DNA of 64,000 bases from Patiria miniata (Eukaryota). The translations under genes were made by a program, and so were the position numbers. The stretch lies in contig NW_024037060.1 of NCBI RefSeq assembly GCF_015706575.1, positions 2,664,515-2,728,514 of the forward strand, read 5' to 3'. Positions 36,239 to 48,048 of this stretch are shown piece by piece. Each line of letters begins with the position of its first letter. Positions within the stretch are counted from its first letter, which is position 1. The notes under the pieces were generated by a model that ran no database searches, was not told the origin of the DNA, and worked only from the letters and a program-made list of their open reading frames with translations.

Positions 36239-39080
36239 GTAAGTCCCACATTATTTTTTTTTTTAAATAACTGGTTTACAAAGGTTTACAGAAAAAGGAA
36301 ATGGTTTAAAGAAATAAGGGAAAAACATGCTAGAAAAGTGAATCGGAGGTTTGCGGTAACACCGTGTGAATGATATCTCTTTGTGAGTTGTGTAGTTCTG
36401 AGAAGAACCAGTTAACTGACGTTTCGAAAAGTACGTCAACAGAAAAGGTTATGAAAAATGAATACGTCAGATACGAAGATGTTCACTGTTTCTGTTTTAT
36501 CAAACCACATAATGCGGCATATTGTGCCATATTGGTTCATTACAGATACACAGTGTTAATTGATCCGCGCCACAATTTTTGCATTGTTTCTTTGTTCCCT
36601 GGGTTACAAAGAAAAATCTTGTTTCTGTCAATAGGCCTAGGCATATGGAGTGTTAAAACAAGCATACAATGCACAGAAAGTGAAAGGCTATCCTTGACTT
36701 CTATTCAGTTTCGTAGCGTGCGTCATCAAATACTTTTGCCTGAATATTTAGAACACTAAAAAATGTTGGTATTTAATCGTTCAATAAAGACAACATATTC
36801 ATATAATGTAGCAAATTGAGAACATATTCTGAACCTGAATTTGAAATCTTGTTCTATGCATTTCTTTTCTGCACATGTTGATTCATTGTTCATCAAAGCC
36901 TTTAAAAAGGTTGAGGAAGCAATGACAGTTAAACAAATGCTACCCTCAATACAACCCCTGTTTTATTTGTTATAAATTTTTTTAAACAAATACTTCCCGT
37001 TAAATACAAACTGTGGCGCCGGTCAATATGGCTTGATTCGAGAAACACATGTCACATCAACAATTACAGGTGTTATGATCTTCTGTAGCATCGGTTTTGA
37101 ATCCCATATACAGGAAACGCAACAAAGTCAACACGTCTATATAAAATGGCAGACTGTTCATGCATGTTTATTTAATCAACTCATTTTTTTTCTGTACAAG
37201 TCAGACGTCATTTATATCATTCAAATTTGAAATATATAGGTGATGTCACCCAACTTTCAATTTCGGTACTTTTTTAATATTAAAGTTGCGTTTCCCGTGC
37301 TCTTCAACAAATTCGATTTTTTTCCCTTTCTGTTGAAACATTTTTCAACTTGTGTATGTTTTATGCCAAAAGAAATCCTCTGTTTTCCCCCTTAGTTGGG
37401 GGGGGGGGGGGGGGGGGGGGGGGGACCAAAACAGATCTGGCTTCCAGTCCATACATTGTCGATACCTGTTGTGGGGGAGGGGGACCAGCCTACTTCAGAG
37501 AACGGAATTATTGTCCGGCAGCCAATAAAACAAAATTGATAATAATTCAATAACTAAACACTGGCTGAATTTTTTTTTTTGGGGGGGGGTCGATGTCTCA
37601 TTCAAAGTGAATAACTTCTGCATTGCTAGAAAAATAGCAATTTAGAAAGGAAATCTGTTTTTCAGGATGATACTCTTTAATTCATTATCGGGCGACGCTC
37701 TTCTATTCTGTATAGTGCCCGAACGTGTTGATTATAGGTCATAATTTCTTTCAGATGTATTGAATTCTTCTGACGAGGTCATGATTCATTTTTGCTTCAC
37801 AATCTCATCACTTTCCGTTTCGCATCAAAATTTGACAAACATGATAGATCATGGCATACTTCAAAGCTTACATTTTGGGGAGGGGGGGGGGAGGTAGATG
37901 AGTTTTGTGTTTATTGAAACTACGACCGAATTTGAGGACCCACCGTGTTCCTCGTGCTAATTGGACTCGTGCGCAACTGCATAATAATTGATAATTTATT
38001 TTACCGGTATTTGTGTTTGTTTATTGAACCTTTGTTTCATCCTTTAAATACATGAATACGTTCTACACAATACATGCAGACTTTTACGTGAATTTTTTTT
38101 CCTTCATCTCGATTGTCAAAACTTTGAAGATTTCCCACTCGGACACGTGATAGGAGAAGTTCTGAGATAAAAAGTATAGGCCCCCTATTGTTAAGAAATT
38201 GAATTATTGGACTTTATAGATTATCAAAATTGGGTCTTCAGAGATCCCTTTTTGAGGTAATGTGGTATTTACAATGACTTGCAGTTTGGCCACATGATAA
38301 ACCGCACAACATTTGTAGAAATAGGCCAAATTTCCTTGACCAAAACATTGAAGGAAAATCCTGGGGAATTTTGTTTTATATAACTCTGGCAACGATTGTG
38401 AAATGTGACACTAATCAGCCGAACACTTACACAAGGAAATAAATTGTTCAGGAAATGTTATTTTAGTACAGTGTACGAGGGTTATAAGGGCAGTGCGATA
38501 ACGAGTTTCAATCGTACATCAATCGGATATTCGACAATCGAAGTATCGAATATCGAGAACCCCCCCCCCCCAAAAAAACCCACTAACACGCACCAACACG
38601 CACATTTTGTTTATGGTGTAAATCGAGGATTTTCTACTATTCCTCATCATCGGTCTTTTGTTTATACTTTTTTTGCAACAGTTCTCATCGGTTTTGTACA
38701 CGTTTTCTAATCGAGGTCGTCCTCGATTTGGTTCCTGTCCTCAATTACTCGATGATGCTTCACATGACTTTTTGTGTGTCCTCGATTTACACCATAAACA
38801 TGTGCACACCACACACGCACACTTTCAAAGTCATGTCAAAAAAAAAGGTTTTTCCAAGATCGACCGTCCATTTGAAAGACTGTTAATTTACATGAGGAAA
38901 ATATATACCGTATCACGCTTACATGCACGAATAACCGAATACTCGATACCCCATCTCACCATATTGCCGGTATCGAATACCCAGTATCAATCGCTTAATC
39001 GGTTTCCTGGTTGACACACATAACAATGCAACTTGTCCTGCTTATAAAAACGCCACCGCTTTGCTTTCATTTTTCAATAG

Positions 39081-39157
39081 GCAACCGAAGATTTGCCGGC
39101 AAGACAACGTTTACGAAACAGTGGAGGATCTGGGCAAAGGCGCAGCTATCGAACAAG
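39081..39157 (+). CDS. Juxtamembrane cytoplasmic exon (RQPKICRQDNVYETVEDLGKGAAIEQ)
   Basis: The acceptor is ttttcaatag| and the donor is AACAAG|gtaagc. Only this reading frame keeps phase between the TM exon (phase 2) and the terminal exon (phase 1). It contains a DNVY motif. Confidence 0.55.
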
Positions 39158-42100
39158 GTAAGCTGGACATTTTTGGATCATATTTCATTTGGGAAAACAA
39201 ACAAGATAGCAAGGTATAATAAATTTCAATTGTGAAGAGAATATGCAAAATATGACTGTAAATCTGACTCCATTGTGTGAAGGGTGTTCTGTTGGATTTA
39301 AAAGTACGCATTAAACAGCTTTTGTTTTAAATCACTTTCACCTATATCATTTCAAAAGCATTGTCTTTTATGGGTAGGTATACATTCAGACGCCACTTTT
39401 GCAGTCTGTTCAAAATTGAGCTGTATATGATTTCATGACCTGACGTGCAGGCTCATCGGGCGAATTTGAGTGGTCGCTTAAAAGCAGATAGGATCGTTTG
39501 TTTTCATAAATTTTGCGTGTCCACTAATTGCGCCACTCAAAATCCATTGAAGAGTGTTGAAAACCTAACCTGTTAAAGTTTCAGCTCAGTGGATATGACA
39601 CTTTTTCTAGAAAACAGTTTATTGGTTCATTGGTTTATTTTTCATATCATCGAACATAATTCACAAGAATCTATTTAAAGAAAAACAAAAATGATATGAG
39701 AGATCCAGATAAAAACCACGCACAACCTTTTGAGCACGAACTTCGTCCATAGCACTCTTTAGTTCCATTCAATTATTGACTGATCGTTGGAAATCACCTA
39801 CATTTCTTGATTTCTCCTAAATGACAGCAAGCCAGACGGAATTATTTCACGGGGTGTTTAGTACCAGTGCGATCTTTAATCCATTAATAATTTGATAATA
39901 ATTCGGTATACAGCCTGTCTAAAAAAAATGGTACAATCGAAAACGAGTTTTTTTCAATATTAAATCTCAACATAAGTAAGTCGTTTTGAGCATCACATTA
40001 AAGAAAAAAGACCAGGCTTTCCAATACTTTTTGTTTCATCTCATTTGCTTTTGTCAATCCAGAGATAACTCCAGTTTACTGCGGAACACAAAAATCGAGT
40101 TTGTTTCTTTTGCCAAGTTGCAATCTTTTGTGAGCTTCAAGACAGCATAGCACAGTACTCGAAACAACTCTGCCCATGCATAAAAGTGGCACAAAATCGA
40201 TTTTGGTGTATCGCACTAAATTGATTATATCTCTGAATTTACAAAAGCAAATAAGATCAAACAAACGCTATTGGAAAGCCCAGTCTTTGTTCTTTAATAT
40301 TATGCCAAGTAAGAATGACTTATTTTGAAATTTCATATTTAACCATTTTTTTTTCTGATTGTACCATTTTTTTTTTGACAGGCTGTTACATTTGTGATAA
40401 ATGCAAATGATCCTATATAGATGCCTTTAAAACCCACAGTCGACTTAAGATTGTAGTCTGCAAGATTTCGTTTGCAAAAATAAAAAAAGTCCTCAAGCTC
40501 GAAAAAAGGGGACCAATGCAATTGCAAGACAGTGATTACAACACTGCCAAAAGTTGGTTCAATGAAAACCATCTCTACTGATTCAATAATGACAGAAGAG
40601 ACTCACAATGGTGGGCTTTGTTGCACTACAGTGGTTAAAGATCAAAGATGGTTCTCCGTGGCGTTATTTTCGAGTTTCACGTCGAAAAGTTGATTTTTTT
40701 TCTTTCAAACTGTTGTTTCCTTAGCAAATTAAAAGTTATTCACTTTTGAATGAGGCATCGAACGAAACATTCCACCGACTCATAGTCATGGAATTAATTC
40801 TTCCTACAGATTCGAATGATTGACTGCCAGACAATGATTCGGCTCTAGCAGGGCGGGTTCATTTTTTGCGCAAAATGAAAGTCCTTTTTCAGAGGGTTGC
40901 AGACGCCCAAAATCAAAATAATATAGCTTTATTTGAATTAAAAAAACTAAACAAACAGTCAAAATTGAACATTCGTTAGGAGGAAATATTCCCGTTTTTT
41001 TTTAGGAGCACAAGGTTCGTAACTTGAATGCCACGTTGCAGTAATGTTCTTTTATCAATGTTCAGTGTCACCAAAAAAAACCCCCGTGCAATTTTTAGAT
41101 GAATGTGGCGGCGGATGTTATGATAATTTCTGAAAAGAAAAACACCGATATTCCATCGGAGTTCTCTTTCAAAGAAGGAAAAATGTACTCACAAAAATGT
41201 TTATTTCTGTGTCTGATGTGTCATGTTACCACAGCAATACCTTTCAAAAGAGGAAGAACTTTGACAAAATATTTATCAATTTCGGTATGGATGTTTATGC
41301 ATTGAAATTGACACCGATCAACTTTCTCTTCGAACGATGAATGGTGTTTTTTTCCATCGTCAGCAGTAATATCAGAACAAAAAGGCGATATACTGTACAT
41401 TATGCAACATTCGAATTAAAGGCATATAATATCATTTGCATTTATCCCAAAAGTAAGCTGGCGATACGATTTACTATCAAAAAGTGTACTTGGATTAAAG
41501 ATCGCACTGGTATAAACACCCCGTCACATTCTTCCATCTAGCTCTCTGTCCTTTATAAGAAATCAAGAAATGTATCATGATTTCCAAAGATCAGTCAGCT
41601 GACCGATCGTTGGAAATAAAGAGTTATATTTATATTGCCGAGAATGGTACGTTGTGCACAAACGTTTTCAAACTTTCATGACTCCTATAACCCCTATTTT
41701 ACCTTATCCTACCCCCACCAGTTTGGGTACATTTGTGTTTTGGACCACCAGCAATCGATCTAGCCTATTTGCGACATTTAAAATGTTGCCTCTAAATAGG
41801 AGTGTGGCATTGGGAGACATTAAAATGTGTCCTTAATCTACCAGTCGCCCTATAAGGTATAACATTATGACGAAAAAATATCTCGTTAAGGGTACTCATT
41901 CACAGGAATTAATGAAATCAAAAGCATGTGCGTGGTTTCCTCAAAATATGTAATATCCATGAGCTGAAACTTGAACAGTGGAATAGTTTTGGAACATTCT
42001 TTTTTGGATTTTGAGTGGTGTTATTGTTGGAAACGAAGAACAGGCATGAAAAGCAAATGATCCTGTAAGCCCAAAACGTTCGTGTCACTAGACCTTCGTG

Positions 42101-42420
42101 CGCAAACCGCAGGACTATCGACCTGAAAAGACCGACTTTAGAGCAAGATGCCAACCACGCGAACAGTCTGTGGCTTGGTCGCTGACGTGACTTTTAACGC
42201 TGATGATTCTCAGTAGAATCCAACAGGATGTTCGATTTGTCAGCACAGTTCGTGGGGTTTTGCTGAATGCTTTAAAAATAGAATCGGGATAGTATATAGT
42301 CTGTGCCTTACATGAGCAGTTCATGCATTATCAACATTAATCGTTTCAGAACACTTCCGCACTTAGTTTGGAGAAATAACTAGTTAAAAGTGCCATTTCT
42401 TCTATTGTTTGTTTCAAAAG

Positions 42421-44078
42421 TTATCAAGACACCTCCACCGCTACCAGACATGTTTCAACGAGGAGGCAGCACGAGATCTAGCGTGCACAGCTACCACCAC
42501 AGGCCGTTATCCGTGCATTCACCACTGCCGACCATGGACGCCCCACTGCCGGCCAGCGTGGCGGCCATGGTGTGCAACTACGGTGGTGGCCCGCCGGTAC
42601 CGGGCGGTACATCGCGCCGGAGTCTCATGGCCGAGTGGCGTCCCCACGGAGTGCGGGACTCGCAATCAAATCTTATAGATGACCCCAAGACCCAGAATCG
42701 CAGTGGCAAAGCGCTGAGCTGTATCTACAACGGTGGTATTATGATCGAGGATGATTACGCAGATCCTTTTGATACGATCGCACCGACCGGTAACACGGGG
42801 AACCGACCAGCTGGCTACTTACCGATGATTCTAGGACAAGACCAAAGACGGAGCCAATCCCCGGTTCCGAGGAGCAGGACACCGCCAAACCTCTCACGGG
42901 GAAGTTCTCCTGTGACAGTACCTAGGAGTGACTCTCCCATGGGGGTTCAACGATGCGATTCTCCAATGGCGGTACAACGATCTGATTCCCCGATGACGGT
43001 TCAACGATCCGATTCCCCGATGACGGTTCAACGCTGCGAGTCCCCGATGTCTACCCAGCGAAGCTCGTCTCTCATGAACGTCCAACAAAGGTCTGCCTCC
43101 CCCATGACTGTTCACCAAAGTGAACCCAATTTGCATCTCCAGCAGACTGACTCCAACATGAACTTCCATCCCAGTAACTCTTCTGTAGATCTCCGTAAGG
43201 GATTCATGGGAAGTCCATCCAGCTCTCCTCAGAGACAGAGTGCATCCGGATCCCCAAGCTTCGATCCATTTTACTTTACCCTCGAGCAGGGAGCCAAGCC
43301 AGACAGCCCCAAGGGTCCTGATGATGATTACGATGAGCTGGAGCCACAGTCACCCATCAACTCTCCAGCAGGAGGGTTACCATTCGACGGCCGGTCTGCA
43401 TCATCTCGTACAAGCAGCGAGCGCTCCAGGGCGTCATCTCATGCTTCGTCTCGAGGCTCCCTCTCCGCCAACTCCCCCACCTTAGCGTCTTCCTTCGGCT
43501 CTAGCCCGCGCGATGCCGAGATGTTCGCGGTGTTAGACCGCAGACCGGAGACACCCATCAGGCCGGATCTGCCGCGGCGACTTGTGTCCAGCAACGTGTA
43601 CGCGTCCTGCGGGCCTCCCAAGACGTCCTCCACACCGGCGGACGATGGGATCTACTCCAGGTTGAACAGGACCCCATCCCAACGGATGGAGCTACCGACC
43701 GCTCCGCGTGGAGTAGCGGACCTGGACATGAGTACCTACGGTAGGCTGCAGCGTAGCTACTCGGCCAAAATTCCCGCCCGTAACACCACCGATGGCCCGT
43801 ACGGGAAGCTTCCCCAGCGTAGCAGGTCAGCGATGGTTAAGAGTCATCAAAACGTGAGCGGATCGGCGTCGGCCGTGGATTGCGAAGCGGGAGAATGGGT
43901 GCCTGCCGAACTGCACCCACGCCTCGGGCCCCGGAGAACCAAACCGCCTAACGTGACGGAACCACGGAAGAAATCTCGCTGGAGTATCAAGGGCAAGCTG
44001 GGCAAAAAATCGCCAGCGGAGATGGATTTTGACTGCCCATCATCGACGGCAACTCTGCCCTACCCTGGTGATTGGTAG
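42421..44078 (+). CDS. Terminal exon: ~550-aa Ser/Pro-rich disordered cytoplasmic tail with 6-7 tandem nonapeptide repeats (S/C-D-S-P-M-x-V-Q-R) and three YxxL motifs; stop codon at 44076-44078
   Basis: The 562-aa ORF in the track is this exon. The acceptor gtttcaaaag| at 42420 falls inside the ORF and is in phase with the preceding exon (g+tt gives Val). The composition is typical of MEGF10/PEAR1/Draper tails (S/P-rich with multiple tyrosines). The tandem repeats and the YSRL, YGRL and YGKL motifs are read directly from the sequence. Confidence 0.75.
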
Positions 44079-46424
44079 GGACAGTAACAATGCTCGCGCG
44101 GTGGTTTAATGAAGCAAACAAATTCTCACTGCTCAGTAGAGCTTTGCTAAGCGAGAGGGTGGCGAGTGAAGTGGTGTGGTGGGCAAGAGCTCAAAACCAT
44201 TTGTCATTTTAACACTGACACCAAATTTAAACAAGTTATACTTTAAGTATTTTTTATATTAAGAAAAATCCTCTTTCTGAGACAGATTCCGGGCGAAATT
44301 GAAACGTCAGGAGCTCCATCTTTTGTGATAATTTTCGTACTTAAGCATTCCATCAAATTTCAAAGTAACCGTGCGTATGAATACTTTCCCCACAGAAAGA
44401 TGAGTGGCGTGGTTTAAACAACTTCCTTTTGACTTTGGATATTTTAATAATTATACTCTACCCATAATCCAGACATTATTTTAAGAACTTAACATAAAAT
44501 ACAATAACTTATACGAATACGATAAACACTTTGAGGTATATACCTGTATAGGGAAAGGTTTCAAGATAAGGTATAGTGCCTATGCGTTGGAAAAAGACTA
44601 GCCTCTTTTGAGGGAATCCAATATGTCTTGAAGAATTTTTTTAACCGGACTATCAGGGCTTATGAAAAAGAGGACTCTACACCATCCGATCTCATTGTTT
44701 AACTATACTTTTCTAGAAAATGCCTGTATCATAACTTGAACTCTTTGTAGCGTTTGGAGTAAGAGTTAGGATAAAATAAGGTTAACAAGATAATTGTCAG
44801 CAACCGGACGGAATATGGTAACGTCCGTTAGATCGGGAGCAGATGGAGAGGTTTCCGTTATTTGGCGGTGTAGCGGAAAACCACATCAAGCTGAAGGAGG
44901 AAGTCTGCCTTATGCATACCATCCAAGAGAACCATGTACTTTTACTGTATGGATATTTAATAACGACCTTGTATACGTGTTTTTGCAAAAGGCATGGAAG
45001 GTTTTGAAAACATAGACCTTGTCTCCGGTTCGGCTTGAGAATACAGTTTTACGATGTTTGGCCCTTGACCTGGAGATTTATGTTCAAGATTGGATCTATT
45101 TTCTGTCACTGATCATAGAATCTAATAGTCTGTCGCCAAACATAATAATGTTCATTCGGTTCGAGGAATAAATGCTCCTGAATAATTCAAGAACCGGAGA
45201 CGAACCGAAGCCGAACGCAGACGAAGCACAGGTTGAGAAAATTGCTTTGACATTTTTGGATACTAAACATTGTGTACATAACGTTTGAGACGAAGGTGTG
45301 GCCATTGAAAGCGCATTCGACGACTGTTTCCTTTCATCTTGGATGAGAGTTCTTCATAAGATGAAAACTCCTCCATGCTCGGACCGCCTGCGCATACTGC
45401 ACAAGGAACTAACGGTTTCCTTCTAATACTCGTGCATACTGTTTTGGGAGAGGTTGGTTGATTTCGAGAAATAGATTTGAGACATATAATTTATTAAAAG
45501 AATACTATTCTGGTTCGGGACTGCAAAGATTGAAATTTAATTGTCGAGGCGTAAGATATCTCTCCATTTTTAAGGGGAGGGGCGATGAATAAGTTCACTG
45601 AATCTTGTATAATACTGAATAACTATTTTGTTGCCTTTTTGTGATACTTTATCAAGATTGTAAAAGACCTAAGCCTATTTTCAGTAAAGATTTACTTGTT
45701 GGAAAACCCTTTATATTATTGTAGAATTTCTGCATATTTGGTTATCTAGAGCTACTCTATATGTGACAAAGACAAACTAACAAAAATAGCAAGAAATGTT
45801 CAATGCATTTTTAAACAGCATCCGCTGCTTTATTTCAAGTATATATTTTCATACTTCTCTTCCAAAAGGAATAAGCTATACTCACAACTATACCATAAAT
45901 ATAGGAATTCACAATATTTCCTAAAAGCCTGTACACTGAATACATATTATTTATAATAGTCACTCGCATATAAAATAGACGCTTTGCATTACAAAAGATT
46001 AGGATTGTAAATAATAATAATAACGTACACGCTGCTTTTTTGTATATATCTTGTAATAAAAAAAAATGGAATTTAAAAAATAAAAGTTTTTGAATACAAA
46101 TATACAAGAATAGTTGCAGCCAACTTTAATGCTGTTTATATAAATATAATTTAAATATGCCGGTGGAATTTTCATTCATCTGAAAAGAATACAAACATTT
46201 TTTCTTTAAATTTTTTTTTTTTTTTGGAAGTACATTTCTTGGGGTAAATTATCAGGACGTGATTCGTAAGAACTTTAAACTAACCTCTGATTGCAAACTC
46301 ACATTTTTAGAGCATAGCTAATTTCTTAGACAATCCATGCTTTACGATTATTTCAATTGAATTTCTTTACTTTCATTCAATTTCATGGTCATTTTCCTAT
46401 ACCCAATGTGCTAGCCTATTGTCG

Positions 46425-46500
46425 TCTGATTGACTGACTCCCGACTGACTGACTATATGACTGACTGACTCCCCGACTTTGTGACTGACTACACCCGGTA
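46425..46500. repeat. (GACT)n-based microsatellite (gactgactgactcccgactgactgact...)
   Basis: Imperfect tetranucleotide repeat read directly from the sequence. Confidence 0.7.
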
Positions 46501-46593
46501 TGACCGATTGCATGATTGAATGTATGTTTGACCCCAGCCCTATGGTTCTGGTTACTGACCTGTGCACAAACAATAGGCAGGATTCCCACAGAA

Positions 46594-47078
46594 ATCTTTA
46601 ACCCTAAAGGGGCCGGGGGGGGGGCGGAATCCCCCCCCCCCTTCAACATTTTCCGCGATAGCCTCTAAAAAATTTTTTTTCGTGACCCAAGCTGTTATGA
46701 CTTTTTAGCCTCGAGCTTTGCGCATCTTTTGATACCAAAAACATAATAATCAGACCACAGGTTGCCGCGTAGCGAAACATTTTCCGGCGCTACGCGCCGT
46801 GAAAACTGAATTTTCGCATATACGTCGTGTACACTGAGCAGAATTGCCATTTGTCCATATGAATAATTAATTAGCCATAATTCCAAAACCCTTTGACCTA
46901 TAGTAATGAAATTTCTTGGGTTTGTTTAGGAAGAGTTGCTCTATGCATGTGCTGAGTTTCAACATTTTTCGTCACTCGATGGCCGAGATCTTAGGGGGGG
47001 GGGCGGGGGGGGGGGGGGGGCGGAATCCCCCCGGCTGAGAGATGGTCAAAATAACCCGGCCCATTTAGGGTTAAATTA
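46594..47078. mobile_element. piggyBac-like MITE (~480 bp): TIRs CCCTAAAGGGGCCGGG / CCCGGCCCATTTAGGG flanked by TTAA on both sides
   Basis: The ~16-bp imperfect terminal inverted repeats begin with CCC and end with GGG, and a TTAA lies immediately outside each end (ttTTAAccctaaa...tttagggTTAAat). There is no ORF inside. The internal sub-terminal direct repeats are gggggcggaatcccc. Confidence 0.55.
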
Positions 47079-47382
47079 AAAGATATTCCATGACCAATTC
47101 CTAAGCTGGACTGGCACCCTAGGAGCCTATACACTGGCCAGTCATCATCATGAGGCAAGGGACGCCACTCCCTTTTCAGTCTACCAGTTTTGACACAAGA
47201 CCACTGCGCAGCACAAAAGCATCAGAATGGTGCATTAAACATGCAATGAGTATAGAGCAGACATTATGAAGAGGAAGTATAGTAAAGTGGAATGCAAACT
47301 GGAAGACTGTCATTGCCAAATATTACGCATCATCACTATGGGTTGTGCAGGATTCCATGACTTTTCCATTACTTTTTTCCTT

Positions 47383-47493
47383 GTAATATCAACTTTCCAT
47401 GACTCCTTGTAAAATCACAAAATATTACATGACTTTTCCCATGAATTTTTCCCTTGCAATATCAACTTTCCATGACTCCTTGTACAATCACAA
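47383..47493. repeat. 57-bp minisatellite (catgacttttcc...ttgcaatatcaactttccatgactccttgtacaatcacaaaat), 2 units; 2 further units at 48048-48160 beyond the LINE insertion
   Basis: The same unit appears on both sides of the LINE fragment. Confidence 0.75.
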
Positions 47494-47516
47494 AATAATA
47501 ATAATAATAATAATAA

Positions 47517-48048
47517 GACAGTCTTATATAGCGCAAAACATAACCGAGGGAAATCTCAATGCGCTTAACAAAGCAAACATAGGTAAGCAAAAATTACAGT
47601 GAATGAGAGTAGGCCAATTGAAACAGATGGGATTTGAGGTTAGATTTGAAGTTGTCTATGGTTGGAGCTGTTCGAAGTGGGGATGGAAGGGCATTCCACA
47701 ACTTGGGAGAGACGTGTGAGAATGCCTTTGAGCCGTATGATTTGGTCCTTGGTATAGTTGTTGTGAGGAATCCCTGGGAAGATGAACGGAGAGATCTGGG
47801 AGGATGGTGTGGTTGTAGCAGCTCAGTAATGTAGCTTGGAGCAGTTCCGTTTAGGGCCTTGAAAGTAAGCAGAAGGGTTTTGTAGCGAATGCGCTGCCGG
47901 ATGGGCAGCCAGTGGAGGGATTTGAGGGTTGGAGTGATGTGGTTGCATTTCTTGGAAAGGGATACCAGACGGGCAGCGGAGTTTTGGATGCGTTGGAGTT
48001 TGTCAATTTCTTTGTCTGGGAGGCCAGTAAGTAGGCAGTTGCAGTTAT
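47517..48048 (-). mobile_element. 5'-truncated CR1/L2-type LINE 3' fragment (ORF2 C-terminal tail and 3'UTR) with a (TAT)n tail at 47494-47516
   Basis: The 176-aa - strand ORF contains the conserved LINE ORF2 C-terminal signature LHWLPIRQRIRYKTLLLTFKALNGTAPSYITELL...RSLRSS...SKAFS...PKLWNALP...FKSNLKSHLF. The element ends in a trinucleotide microsatellite, as CR1/L2 elements do, and it is inserted precisely between units of a 57-bp minisatellite. Confidence 0.7.

Noticed and set aside
35754-36242. ORF start at M (MRLDVHISHQ...) as a translation start
   Set aside because: The upstream part of the ORF is intronic. The real exon begins at the acceptor at 35820/35821 and is in phase with the EGF exon.
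42390-44078. 562-aa ORF as a stand-alone intronless gene starting at MPFLLLF
   Set aside because: An acceptor gtttcaaaag| at 42420 lies just inside the ORF and is in phase with the upstream cytoplasmic exon. The composition matches a MEGF/Draper tail. I treat it as the terminal exon, not an independent gene.
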